A DNA stretch of 64,000 nt from NCBI GenBank assembly GCA_963697165.1, contig CAVOMX010000018.1, positions 65,313 to 129,312 of the forward strand. The letters are read 5' to 3'. Each line of letters opens with the position of its first letter. Position 1 is the first letter of the stretch. The stretch comes from Candidatus Bathyarchaeota archaeon (lineage in GTDB: Archaea > Thermoproteota > Bathyarchaeia > Bathyarchaeales > Bathyarchaeaceae). The translations under genes and the position numbers were made by a program. The notes under the pieces are model-generated. The model was not told the origin of the DNA and did not search any database. It saw only the letters and a list, made by a program, of their open reading frames with translations. This document shows, in pieces, positions 42,344 to 53,335 of this stretch.

Positions 42344-43881
42344 CTAGAGCTGATTCAATCGCACCTCCAGATGGCACATGGGATCATCCATCACATGAGG
42401 AATCCACTCAAGAAGGTCTGTTGGAAGCATATGATACCCCTTCTCGACAGCCACAAAATCTCCTGCTGCACCATTGATGAACGCCCCCGCAATCGCAGCA
42501 CTAAACGAGTCAGCGCCCATAGCCAACAAACCACCAACTACTCCAGAGAGAACATCCCCTGTTCCGCCAACAGTCATTCCCGGGTTTCCAGTAAAATTAA
42601 ACTTGACAGCCACTCCGTTAGAGACTACGTCAACAGGTCCCTTCAATAGTATGGTTGCCCCCAGTTTCCTTGCCATCTTCTGAACATCCTGTGCCTTTTC
42701 CTCCAAATTATTCGAAAGCGCATTTCCGGTCAGAATCTCGTATTCTCTGGCATGGGGAGTCAAAACCAGCGGGCAATCAAGCTTTCGTTTGAATTCTGCG
42801 AAGGCTTTAAGCCCGTCAGCATCCAAAAGCAACGGGGTTCTTGTTTTTTCTAGTTGTTCAATAATTTCTTTGGTTGCCTCTTTGGTTTCGCAGTGCAACC
42901 CCAATCCCGGACCCAAAACAACCGCAGTCGCAGACTCCAACTGCTCCTTAAGAGAGAGTAGGTTACTGGAGCTCAAATGCTTTCCCTTCAGTTTTACTGT
43001 AATCAATGCAGGAGACATGGAAGATATTGTTGTTGCAGTATTTTCTGGGAGCAGCTACTGTGACTATGTCAACTCCTGTACGAAGAGCAGCCAATGCCGC
43101 TAGAGCTGGAGCACCCGAAAACGTGTTGCTTCCTCCGATTACAAGGAGCCTGCCGAAGACTCCCTTGTGGGATTCAGGAAGACGAGGCTTAATCGCCAAA
43201 GTTACGTCTCCGGGACCAGTAAACCGTTCAAACTCTTGGGGTAACCCTATGTTCTTTACTACGATTTCGCCAGTGTATTCTTTAGCCTTGGCGAGTCCAG
43301 GTTTTGCCTTGTAAAATGTTACAGTAAGGTTGGCTTTTACGGCGTTGCCCAAAACTTGGCCTGAATCAGAGTTGATTCCTGTTGGAACATCCACGGCGAC
43401 GCGGAACGCCTTCATATTGTTGATTTTTTCTACTATTTGCATGATTGGTGGACGCAGTTTCCCTGTTAAGCCTATCCCAAGAAGAGCATCCACAACAACG
43501 TCTGCCTTAACGTCTGGAATAAGTGTGGAATCTGTGACTTCTTTTAATGGGGATACTGTTTCTGAGGGACTGCAAGGCAATCCAGTTTTTCTTGGCGGAC
43601 TCTGATGCAATGTTTGAGGCTTTTGTTGCAAGTATGACTTCAACCTTGAAGCCTAAACATGTAAGATAACGCGCCGCAACGAAGCCATCGCCGCCGTTTC
43701 CTCCTGAACCACAGAAAATCGCAACCTTCGTTTTCTTAGGATTGAATCGTGAGGCAATCTCGTCTGCAACGTTTCTTCCAGCAGTTTCCATAAGCTGCAA
43801 CAACGAGATGCCGTAATATTCGGCGTTTGTCTCTAGTGCCCGCATTTCTGGGCTAGTTATTGTTTCAGTTACCATCCTCAT
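42344..43881 (-). CDS. nnr: bifunctional NAD(P)H-hydrate epimerase/dehydratase (frameshifted)
   Basis: 'GSGGNGGDG', 'DALLGIG', 'VDVPTG', 'HKG..G', 'GPGLG', 'LTPH..E', 'GGTGDVLSG'. Confidence 0.92.
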
Positions 43882-43996
43882 TAACCCCTACACAATACTT
43901 GAGATTAGTTGTGTTTTGGGTTTTATGGCTGTTTCTCTCGAGTAACCCACAAAACATCAAAGACAATCTTAATCCGAAACTAAACCACCATTTAAT

Positions 43997-44518
43997 GTGA
44001 GGTTGGCACAATTGGACATTGTTAATGTGCCAGAAGTTTCGAATACCACAGCGTGGATGTACGGAGCAATAGTTGTCTTCCTAGCAGCTATGGGAGTAGC
44101 TTTCGCGTTTGCAGGATTTCTTACGCCTATGGGAACAGCGGGAATCGCAGTTTCAATCTTGTTGATTGTTATTGAAGCAGTTATGGTTCTGCTGTTGAGG
44201 TCTCTTTATCGGACCCGATACATCTTGACGGATGAAGAACTTGTGATAAAAACCAGTAAACTTATTGGAGGCAGCAAAACAGTCCCACTAAAAACTATAG
44301 ATTCTGTAGAGACTACTTCTATTCCCTGTGGCATTAGACTGTTTGGTGCCAGCTTCCACGGCGGATACTACCAAGTTCCAGATATTGGTAGAACATTTCA
44401 GTCTATAACCAACTATCACGACGGACTCTTAATACGAGCAAAAAACAAAAATTATATTATAACTCCCAAAGATCGCATGAACTTCAAAGAAGCAATTGAA
44501 ACAAAACGGAAAGTTTAG
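43997..44518 (+). CDS. membrane protein with bacterial PH domain
   Basis: two TM helices then 'TRYILTDEELVI...IRLFGAS..GGYY...IITP'. Confidence 0.7.
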   Translation: MRLAQLDIVNVPEVSNTTAWMYGAIVVFLAAMGVAFAFAGFLTPMGTAGIAVSILLIVIEAVMVLLLRSLYRTRYILTDEELVIKTSKLIGGSKTVPLKTIDSVETTSIPCGIRLFGASFHGGYYQVPDIGRTFQSITNYHDGLLIRAKNKNYIITPKDRMNFKEAIETKRKV

Positions 44519-46314
44519 CTGCCCTCTTTTTTGTCGTCTTGGCAGTCTAACCAACTGAATTTGTTGTGCAACGATTTCGGGTAATACTGTTTCCAGTCAT
44601 ATGCTACCTGTTTGCCCCACTCGTAATAGATTCTGGGGTCAACGTAGCTCTTCAAGAGACGTTGAAATATTGTAGTCTTTTGTCTCCTCCTGAATTGTTA
44701 TCTTCAACTTCATCTTCTCTAAGGTTGTGTCAGCCCTTTGTTTTCTGGTCTGTAGGCTTTGCTTTAGCTTCTCTATCCGCTCTACCTGCTTAACTTTCAT
44801 GTCTTTAATGCGTTGTTTCTGACGTGTTACCGTTTCCCGTTGACGTTTAAGTCGGTTATTCAAGGCGCTAACGTCTTTGCCTTCATTCTTTTTTGTCTCA
44901 AATTGCAACTTAAACTCTTCCAAGCTTCGCCTCAGCTGCCTTCAGCCGTTCCTCCTGATTTGCCATCCGTACCTCATGTTTTTTGATCCAATCGTTTATA
45001 TTCTGTTTAATCTTGGCTTCAGACGCCTTCGTCCGCTTTTTAAGAACGTTTATGCCTTCTTTCTTCTTGTCTAAGGATAATTTCCAAGCTTTTGAGATTG
45101 TACGTTTATGGTTACAAACTTTGGCGGCTTCAAGGTTCGCCATCGTGGCCACATATTTCTTAACATATTCTGGCTCTTCAGGCTCGATTGGAGTTTTGTC
45201 CAGTTTAGTTTTTACAGCATCAGAAGCATAAAGAGTACGGAAAACTTTCGCTGATAGCCCCGTCATTACTTCATCAAGAAATTCGCTCACTTGACTAGAG
45301 CCTACTCCATCAAAGAGTGCTGATTCTGTGTTTGAAGAGAATTCTTCAAGATTTTTGATTACCAATTCAGGAAGTTTTGTGGTGAAAATGTGGGGCACGC
45401 TGTCTTTTCCCAAAAAATTGAATGACACTGTTCCGTCACCGTTGATTTTGAGGTGCTCCTTTCGAAGTGTTGAAGCACCCACAGTGTCTGCTTCATCTGG
45501 GTCTTTTTCGTCGCCAACCCTAATCTTCAGTTTGTCAATAAGAAAACAAACAGTTGCAATTTTTCTCCGTTTCAAATCGTCAGATTCAAGATTTTTCAAA
45601 ATGTGTCTTTTTACCTTAGGAAGCTTTTGGCTGAAATTCTGATGCCTTATCAAATTTTTCGATTTCTTTTTTCTGTTTGAAACTGCATGAATCAGAAAAC
45701 CAGACGTATTTCATTTTTTCGCTGAGCTTATCTTGCCAACGAGCAATCCAGATGGCTTCGGGTTCCCAAACAATTTCATTCCAGTTGCCTTCTGGTCTTG
45801 GCGCGTCATTTGATAAGTTAAGTATGATTTCTTCTTTTTGTGGTCCTTCTTTCCAGCTTCCACGCATTGGATGCTGTCCCCGACCCATAAAGATGGAGCT
45901 GGGTTCTGCTACGTAGTTGGCTAACTCCATTCGTTCACCGTCAACAAAGGCGTAACCGTATTTCTCCTTGTTGGCTTCCCTGACAACTTTTCTTTCAGCC
46001 GCCAACCGCTTCTTCTCTTCTCTGGGAAGATTCTTTTTATATTCTCTTTCCTCTTCGACAAGAGCAACTATTTTTGAGTAGTCAACATCTCCCGGCTTAA
46101 CTTTTATACCTAATTTCTCTGTGAAGTCCTTGTGAAAGTTTTTGGCGAAAACTTTGTCGTCAACGTAGGGGGTTCCCACTTTTTTTGCCCACGCTACTGC
46201 CATCTCTTCCTGCTCAGTTGTTAGCCTAATCTCCTCTCCCTTTACTTTGACGGTGAGGTTTTTTCCCTCGTATCGGGCTGGAACTAGGACACCGTTGTGA
46301 TGAAGATTTTCCAT
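44515..46314 (-). CDS. eukaryote-like DNA topoisomerase IB (frameshifted)
   Basis: 'LHHNGV', 'FMGRGQHPMRG', 'IRVGDEKD..EADTVG', 'FLGKDSV', 'AKVFRT', 'CNH', C-terminal 'TSLKSYVDPR' with catalytic Tyr. Confidence 0.92.
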
Positions 46315-46458
46315 TTGGTTCTCCGCCTGAATAGATTCTTATAGGTTGAAAATAGGCAACTTTAAGTTTTCTCTTTTCGATTGTAAGTTTACCTGTTCAT
46401 AGAACAGGATTTAATGCTTTAGCCTTATGTTATTGTGGAAACTTGCTGGTGAAATGGT

Positions 46459-46932
46459 ATGGAAGTGGATAATCTCCAGAAGATACGTAGTGTAGCTGAT
46501 TACCAGTTCGGAAGAGGTGTTGGAGCTAAACTCTTTCCAGACACAGTTAGAATCGTGTACTCGAAGAATACAGGAAAAATACGGCACATACACTTGGAAG
46601 AAGAAATGTTGGCTACTCTTCAACCTACAACCGGGCTATTTGTTTTAACCATTACTGGAGCCAAACGTATGGTACGTGAAGTAAATCCTCTAATGGGCTG
46701 GGTTAGAATTCAGGATGATGTTGAATCATTCATATTAAAGGGAAGAAGCGTCTTTGCCAAACATGTGTCTGAAGTTGATGAGGAGATAAGACCCAATGAG
46801 GAAGTCATAGTTGTTAACAGTAATAATGAAGTTTTGGCTGTTGGGCGGGCTCTTCTGTCTGGAACAGAAATGAAGGCTTTCAGGAGAGGAATTGCTGTGC
46901 GTGTTCGCCGAGGCGTGACGGAAAAAAGTTAA
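46459..46932 (+). CDS. PUA-domain RNA-binding protein (ArcTGT C-terminal-like)
   Basis: 'ADYQFG', 'GRSVFAKHV...IRPNEEV...AVGRALLSG..M..GIAVRVR'. Confidence 0.85.
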   Translation: MEVDNLQKIRSVADYQFGRGVGAKLFPDTVRIVYSKNTGKIRHIHLEEEMLATLQPTTGLFVLTITGAKRMVREVNPLMGWVRIQDDVESFILKGRSVFAKHVSEVDEEIRPNEEVIVVNSNNEVLAVGRALLSGTEMKAFRRGIAVRVRRGVTEKS

Positions 46933-46972
46933 GAAGGCACATTAACCAGTATAGAATAGGAAGGAAACGTAA

Positions 46973-47329
46973 ATGCGGAGAAAAATGAATCCACGAAACG
47001 CGAAAAGGATGATGCAAAAGATGGGCATGAACATGGGAGAGATGCCCGACGTACAGGAAGTTATTTTCAGAACAAGCGATAAAGAAATCGTGGTAGAAAA
47101 CGCTCAAGTTGCCGTCATTGACATGGGAGGACAGAAAATCTTTCAGATCACCGGAGACGTAAATGAGCGCGCATTAGAGAGTCAGGTAGCTAAAGTATCC
47201 ATCCCTGAAGAGGATGCACAACTTGTTGCAGACCAAACAGGAAAAAGCATAGAAGACGCCAAACGAGCCCTGGAAACAAGCGATGGAGACCTCGCAAAGG
47301 CTATACTTCTTCTCCAAACCGGCGGTTAA
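46973..47329 (+). CDS. nac: nascent polypeptide-associated complex protein
   Basis: 'MNPRNAKRMMQKMG', C-terminal UBA 'EDAQLVADQTG...GDLAKAIL'. Confidence 0.92.
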   Translation: MRRKMNPRNAKRMMQKMGMNMGEMPDVQEVIFRTSDKEIVVENAQVAVIDMGGQKIFQITGDVNERALESQVAKVSIPEEDAQLVADQTGKSIEDAKRALETSDGDLAKAILLLQTGG

Positions 47330-47455
47330 ATAGGCACAATTCTTTAGGTTTTCTTGCTTATTTGACGATGCCAGTTTTTGCTAATGTTAATTGAAGAAAG
47401 TTTTAACAATAGTTCAGTTAGTATATTTGTCATAAATTCTCTTGGGGGAAACGGG

Positions 47456-48592
47456 GTGAACATCACGATAGAAGCTTTTACTGACGAGTGGGGGCCAGAG
47501 AAGATACTGCAAGTGTATGACCCCAAAACGGGAATGAGGGGCGTTCTGGTCATAGACAATACGACTTTGGGTCCGGGAAAGGGTGGAATCAGAATGATGC
47601 CCACAGTAACAACTGAGGAAGTTTTCAGGTTAGCCCGAACTATGACTTGGAAGTGTGCCCTAGCAAAAATTCCGTTTGGAGGCGCCAAATCTGGCATAAT
47701 CGCTGACCCCAAAAAGATTAGTGAAGAACAGAAGATGGATTTAATCAGAGCTTTTTCGAGAGCCTTGAAGCGGGTGAGCCCGAGCCTCTATGTAGCTGCG
47801 CCGGACATTAACACTGGAGAGAAGGAGATGGCTGTTTTCGCTCAAGAGAATGGCTCTATGAAGTCTGCCACAGGAAAGCCTGCGCACCTATGCGTTAAGC
47901 CGGGCGTAAAGTGTGGTATCCCCCACGAGTATGGCTCCACAGCATTGGGTGTGGTACAGGCAGCATTCACGGCGGCAAATTATGTAGCAGACTTGGACAT
48001 TGACAATGCAACAGCAGCCATAGAAGGCTTCGGAAACGTCGGCTCTTTTGTTGCTGAGTATCTGACCCAGATTGACGTAAAGGTTGTGGCTGTCTCGGAT
48101 TCTAAAGGTTGTATATACAACCCTGATGGGCTAGACTATGAGAAACTGTTGGATGTTAAAACGGAAACGGGTTCTGTTATAAATTATCGTCTCGGCAAAG
48201 TGTTGGAGAACAGGGAACTTTTTGAGTTGACTGTGGATATTCTTGTTCCAGCTGCTCTACCTGATGTCATCAACGCAGATAATGTGGAGCAGGTTAAAGC
48301 GAAGATGGTTGTTGAGGCGGCTAACCTTCCCGTACGCCCAGAAATCGAGAAGGTCTTAGCGGATAGGGGAGTAATGGTTGTTCCTGACATTCTGGCAAAC
48401 GCGGGAGGAGTGATATCCTCTTATGCTGAATATCGTGGCTACAACCCCAAGCGGATGCTGGAGCTTGTTCAACGAAAAATCCGAAGAAACACAGTAAAGG
48501 TTATAGAAACTGCCCTAGGCAATAACATTGAACTTAGAGATGCAGCAATGAATATCGCAAAAGAACGAATAATCAAAGCACACAAACACTAA
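47456..48592 (+). CDS. gdhA: Glu/Leu/Phe/Val dehydrogenase, probably glutamate dehydrogenase
   Basis: 'GPGKGGIR', 'MTWK', 'PFGGAKSG', 'APDINT', 'EGFGNVG', 'EAAN', 'PDILANAGGV'; in-frame GTG at 47456. Confidence 0.85.
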   Translation: MNITIEAFTDEWGPEKILQVYDPKTGMRGVLVIDNTTLGPGKGGIRMMPTVTTEEVFRLARTMTWKCALAKIPFGGAKSGIIADPKKISEEQKMDLIRAFSRALKRVSPSLYVAAPDINTGEKEMAVFAQENGSMKSATGKPAHLCVKPGVKCGIPHEYGSTALGVVQAAFTAANYVADLDIDNATAAIEGFGNVGSFVAEYLTQIDVKVVAVSDSKGCIYNPDGLDYEKLLDVKTETGSVINYRLGKVLENRELFELTVDILVPAALPDVINADNVEQVKAKMVVEAANLPVRPEIEKVLADRGVMVVPDILANAGGVISSYAEYRGYNPKRMLELVQRKIRRNTVKVIETALGNNIELRDAAMNIAKERIIKAHKH

Positions 48593-48774
48593 AAAGGGTA
48601 TTTAGTTCAAAGATATTTCCTTCTTAAGTAACAACCATTAATCCGCAGTGTCAAGTCTTTATAAGGGTTAATTTATACAGCCAAATAAACGATTGATGAT
48701 TTGATTGCAGATCATATGTGGGTGATATTAATTCTTCTTAAGCAAGCAAGAGAAGATAGGCATGTGTCTAAGAG

Positions 48775-50038
48775 ATGAATAAGGAATTACTAATTAGCAG
48801 AAAAAAACTTCCTAATGGGATTAGGCTTATTCAATTTCCAAGACCTCAAAAAATGACTGCACAACTTTCAGTTGTTGTTGAGTATGGATCAAAATCTGAT
48901 CCTGAAAAGAATGCGGGTCTTGCCCATTTTGTAGAACATATGTTGGCAGGAGGATCAAAAGAACGGATCAAACTATCCAGATCTATTGAACAAGATGGAG
49001 GCGATGTGAACTTTTTTACAGAATATGAATACACAATAGGCACTGCAGATATTTTACCTGAGAAACTAGGTGCGGCTTCAAAGATTTTATCAAAACTTTT
49101 CTTTGAAGATGGGTTTGAAGAGAAAAAAATTGATTTAGAACAAAAAGTAATTTTAAACGAAATTGCTGATAGTTCCGATGATCCATGGACTGTAACAGAT
49201 GATATGATGAGAAAAAATCTCTACAAAACTCATCCCATCAGAAACCCGATTTTGGGTTATCATAAGACTGTAAGTCAATTGTCTATTGATGAATTGGAAG
49301 AAGCCCACAAAATACATTACAGCCCACAAAATACTATGTTGATACTTTCAGGAAATTTCTCTAATAAAGACGTTGAAACTATAATCCAAGATTTTGTGGA
49401 AATTAAAAAATCTAAAACCAAATTGATGAAACAATAATTGCATCGAGAAAGAAGAACCTGAAAAACTATCAAGCAAAACAAAGACAGGAATATGTCAAAC
49501 TTATCTTGCTATGGGGCATAGAACAGTTTCTGGAAATCATTCTGATTATCCCGCCTTGGAAATATTTTCAACAATAATTGGGGGGATTGGAGCAAGTTCA
49601 CGACTATTTAGAGAGTTACGTGAAAAAAGGGCTCTTACATATGGAGTACAATCATCAAATTGTAATGGTTTGGATTTTGGCTTTTTTTCTATATATTGTG
49701 CCATAAAATCCAGTAAACTAAAAGAAACATCGGATCTCATTCTAAAGGAAATAACAGCCTTAAAAAATAAGAAAGTCTCTGAGGATGAACTATTGAAAGG
49801 AAAAAACATGATAAAGGGTGATCTGTTTCGCGGTATTGATGATTCTTTAACTCTTCATCCCCGTCTTGCGGATATGGAAATTTTATTTGGAGACGAAAAT
49901 GCGTTACCGAAATATTTGGAAAACATAAAATTAGTTTCCGTTGATGACCTGATTGAAGTAGCAAACAAACATTTTGGTGATAGTAATTTTTCAAAGGTTG
50001 TTCTTACTCCTGAACAAAAGGATACTGACGTAAGTTGA
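48775..50038 (+). CDS. M16-family zinc peptidase (one frameshift ~49435)
   Basis: HFVEH inverzincin motif; 'SRLFRELREKRALTY'. Confidence 0.9.
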
Positions 50039-50300
50039 CTTGGCAAGTAATGAAACCTATAGGTGCTACAACAGGATTACATTATAACGGCAGTAATCAA
50101 TCTCCAAGAATGGATAGTTTTAACCTGACTAACATTAAGTTAAATTAATTTATGTTTCTTAATCAGAAATAAACTAGAATTAATTGTTAAAATTTCTATT
50201 TCTTCGTTCTCGGAAGATCTCAGTTTTCACTACCTGAAAAGGGCTTATATTCTTAATTTGTTCAGAGTTTGTTACAGATTTAACACTAAGAGGGTGATGT

Positions 50301-50778
50301 TTGATGTCTTCGTTGAGTAAGATTTGTTTGGAGCCAGTGGGTTTCGTCCAGACAAAGGCAGTTGGCCAGGAAGTTAGGGACAAAAACATAGTTTCGCGGA
50401 TAGTTTTTCGTGAGGAGTTAACTGAAGCTCTGGAGGGGATCAAAGAGTTCTCGCATATATTCGTGCTTTTTTGGTTGACATGAAATGTCGGACGAAGATA
50501 GACGCGTAATAAAGGTTCGTCCACGGGGAAGAAGAGACATGCCACTGCTGGGGATATTTGCAACAAGGACACCTCACCGCCCAAACCCAATCGGGCTCAC
50601 TCGAGTTAAACTCCTAAAAGTAGAAAGAAATGTGGTTTCAGTTAAGGGCTTAGACGCCTTTGATGGCACACCCGTTTTGGACATAAAGCCATTTGACAGC
50701 TGGGACACAACAAAGGAAGTTAGAGTTCCTGAGTGGTGGATGAAACTAGAAAAAGAAAGAACAAAGAAAAAAGAATAG
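50301..50778 (+). CDS. tsaA: TsaA/TrmO tRNA methyltransferase family (one frameshift)
   Basis: 'GIFATRTPHRPNPIG', 'GLDAFDGTPVLDIKP'. Confidence 0.9.
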
Positions 50779-50786
50779 ATGCGAAT

Positions 50787-51995
50787 CTATTCTGTTACTT
50801 TTATTTTTTTGGCGAACTCTTGTCCATACTCGTAGCATTTCTGCAGTTCAGTTTTGTCTGGAACCCACTTGACAGTCATTGCAGGCGCCGCCAATTCCAT
50901 GCCAGCGCTCTTCAAAGAGTTCTCGATGGTGGCGGTAGCTCCTCCGCCCCAGCCATACGAGCCAAATGCGGCAGCAAGCTTGTTTCGTGGTCTTAAGCCC
51001 TCCATTTCTCTGAGAAACGGTGCTACAGTCGGCAAAATGCCATTATTGATTGTCGCAGACCCAACAAGCAGTCCCTTAGTTTCAAGCAATGCAGCAATGA
51101 TGTCGCCGTTATCAGAAACGGGAAGCCTAAACAATGTTGCTTCTATGCCTTCGCTGCTGATTCCTTCAAGCATTGCCTTAGCCATCTTCTCTGTGCTCTC
51201 CCATATCGTATCGTAGACAATTAACACCTTCTTTTTTGCTTCTCCCTTTGCCCACCTAAGATAAGCCGTCACAATCTTCATGGGGTCCTTGCGCCAAATC
51301 ATGCCGTGACTGGGCGCAATCATGTCAATCTTCAAGCCAAGCTTCTGAACCTCTTCAATCTTTCTAGTCACCAGCGTACTGTAAAGCCACAAAATGTTAG
51401 CATAATATTTCGCCGCCTCCTCCATCAGTATGTTCGGGTCAACCTCATCATCGAACCGTTTTGATGACGCTAAATGCTGACCAAAACCGTCGTTAGACAA
51501 AAGCAGAGCATCCTTCTCTATGTAAGTGAACATATTGTCTGGCCAATGAAGCATCGGAGCTTCTAGGAAGCTTAATGTCCTTTCGCCCAAGTTAAGGGTG
51601 TCACCAGTTTTTACAGTTTGGAAATTCCAGTTTCCGAAGTAATGTTTTTCTAGTCCTGCTTTGCAGTTGGCTGTACCCACAACAGTTGCGTTGGGTGCAA
51701 GTTTCAGGATTTCTTTGATTGATCCAGAATGGTCTGATTCAACGTGGTTTGCAATGACATAGTCTATTTTTGATGGATCGATTACTTCTTTGATTCTTTC
51801 GATCATTTCTCCTGTGAATTGGTGATGTACAGTGTCAACTAGGGCAATCTTCTTGTCGACGATCAGGTATGCATTGTATGTGGTTCCACGATGAGTTGAG
51901 TACGTGAATCCATGAAAGTGTCTGATGTTCCAGTCGACTACGCCAACCCAAAAAATGTTTTCTAAAACTTTAACCAGAGGCAAACTAATCCTCAC
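50787..51995 (-). CDS. fprA: flavodiiron protein (FprA family)
   Basis: 'GTTYNAY', 'NHVESDH', 'LHWPD', 'APSHG', flavodoxin 'FGSYGWGG'. Confidence 0.93.
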   Translation of the reverse strand: MRISLPLVKVLENIFWVGVVDWNIRHFHGFTYSTHRGTTYNAYLIVDKKIALVDTVHHQFTGEMIERIKEVIDPSKIDYVIANHVESDHSGSIKEILKLAPNATVVGTANCKAGLEKHYFGNWNFQTVKTGDTLNLGERTLSFLEAPMLHWPDNMFTYIEKDALLLSNDGFGQHLASSKRFDDEVDPNILMEEAAKYYANILWLYSTLVTRKIEEVQKLGLKIDMIAPSHGMIWRKDPMKIVTAYLRWAKGEAKKKVLIVYDTIWESTEKMAKAMLEGISSEGIEATLFRLPVSDNGDIIAALLETKGLLVGSATINNGILPTVAPFLREMEGLRPRNKLAAAFGSYGWGGGATATIENSLKSAGMELAAPAMTVKWVPDKTELQKCYEYGQEFAKKIKVTE

Positions 51996-52274
51996 CTACA
52001 AACAAACGGGTAATCAAGCCCTATTAACCTTACCAATTCTTCCTGATTAGCTGATTTTGCCCAAAAACTACACAGTATCTTAAGAAGTTTCACTTGTTGC
52101 TACTCTTAAAACCTGTTTCTTCTTATGGCTACTCTGAAGGTTGATTATAATAGTGGAACGTTGAATAATTGTTTTAATGAAATGTTTTTTATACTCATCA
52201 CAACGAATAGGTGTTTGGAGATGAAGCTGTCGCATATTATTTGGACGGCTCAAAGAATAGTTGGTGAACAAAAG

Positions 52275-52581
52275 ATGGTTTATTGTACAAAATGTGGTAC
52301 TAAAAACGAAGATGACGCGATGACCTGTGTCAACTGTAAAGAACCGTTAGGCAACTATCAAACTGTGAGACGTGAACGGCGACGAAAAGAGAGTGAGTGT
52401 TTTGGGTTACCCAACGGTGGATCGATTGCGGGTTTAGTTATTGGACTCATAATTATCCTGTGGGGCGTCACTTCGGTTCTCGATATATCCATTAGGAGAT
52501 TTCCTATGGCCTCTGATAATAGTAATCTTTGGGACTCTGATGGTCGTTGGAGCACTATACTCCATTAGAAGCAAGCGCTAA
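52275..52581 (+). CDS. zinc-ribbon membrane protein (frameshifted)
   Basis: 'YCTKCG..NEDDA..CVNC' then 'ECFGLP' and TM helices. Confidence 0.75.
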
Positions 52582-53322
52582 CCTCCTCGCTTTTTTATCT
52601 TCTCTAAATCTACAGTTTTCAGTATCACAACCAGAACAGATCATTTCATGGTCCCACTCAGAAAGCGATATTCTAGTGAAAAGCCAAAAAACAATCAAAC
52701 AGACCACAAAAAGATCAAAAACTAAACTGTGAACCGACTCGTCGATTCCAATCAAAATTGAAAGAGCCCCAAGAACAAAAAGGGCATTCAATGATAAGCG
52801 GATAAGACTTCTAAATTTGAACTGGAACAACCCAAAACTTACCCATACAATTCCCAGCAAAACCAATAGTGAACTATGCTCAGAAACCTGCCAATCACAA
52901 AAAAAGTAGACCACTGCTCCAACCAAAGCCAACAGCCCCCCAAGTAGAAGCCCGATACATGCTGCACAAAATGTCCTCTCTCTTATCCGAAAAATGTGGG
53001 CAGAGAACTTCCCGCAGGTGAGATGATGTCCCTCCAGAACATTTGACGTGCCATGAGAAACAAATTTAGCTGAATCTGAACCAGCGGTTTTCGATTTCTT
53101 CCTGAAATTGAAGAGTCTAAAGCATTGTTTGGGCGAGAATACTGCCAGAATTCCTAGGAGACAAAATATGCTAAAGATTGAACCAATTACTGGTTTTCTC
53201 CAAAGAAAATCTCCGGTGACTGCTGGCGGAAAAACTGTCAACAATATAATAAGAAGTAAACCTAGTAATGACACTAACAGTTGATACTTTATGTCCGGTT
53301 GGATGCTATGTTGCTTAGACAT
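52555..53322 (-). CDS. multi-pass membrane protein with His/Cys motifs
   Basis: ~6 TM helices; 'GHHLTC...H...FCAAC' motif. Confidence 0.7.
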   Translation of the reverse strand: MSKQHSIQPDIKYQLLVSLLGLLLIILLTVFPPAVTGDFLWRKPVIGSIFSIFCLLGILAVFSPKQCFRLFNFRKKSKTAGSDSAKFVSHGTSNVLEGHHLTCGKFSAHIFRIRERTFCAACIGLLLGGLLALVGAVVYFFCDWQVSEHSSLLVLLGIVWVSFGLFQFKFRSLIRLSLNALFVLGALSILIGIDESVHSLVFDLFVVCLIVFWLFTRISLSEWDHEMICSGCDTENCRFREDKKARRLALASNGV

Positions 53323-53335
53323 TTCTGTCCTCTGC

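Noticed and set aside
50478..50490. In-frame TGA in tsaA (and TAG at 8240 in the pilin) as selenocysteine/pyrrolysine
   Set aside because: The homologous continuation is in a different frame in both cases, so these are indels, not read-through codons
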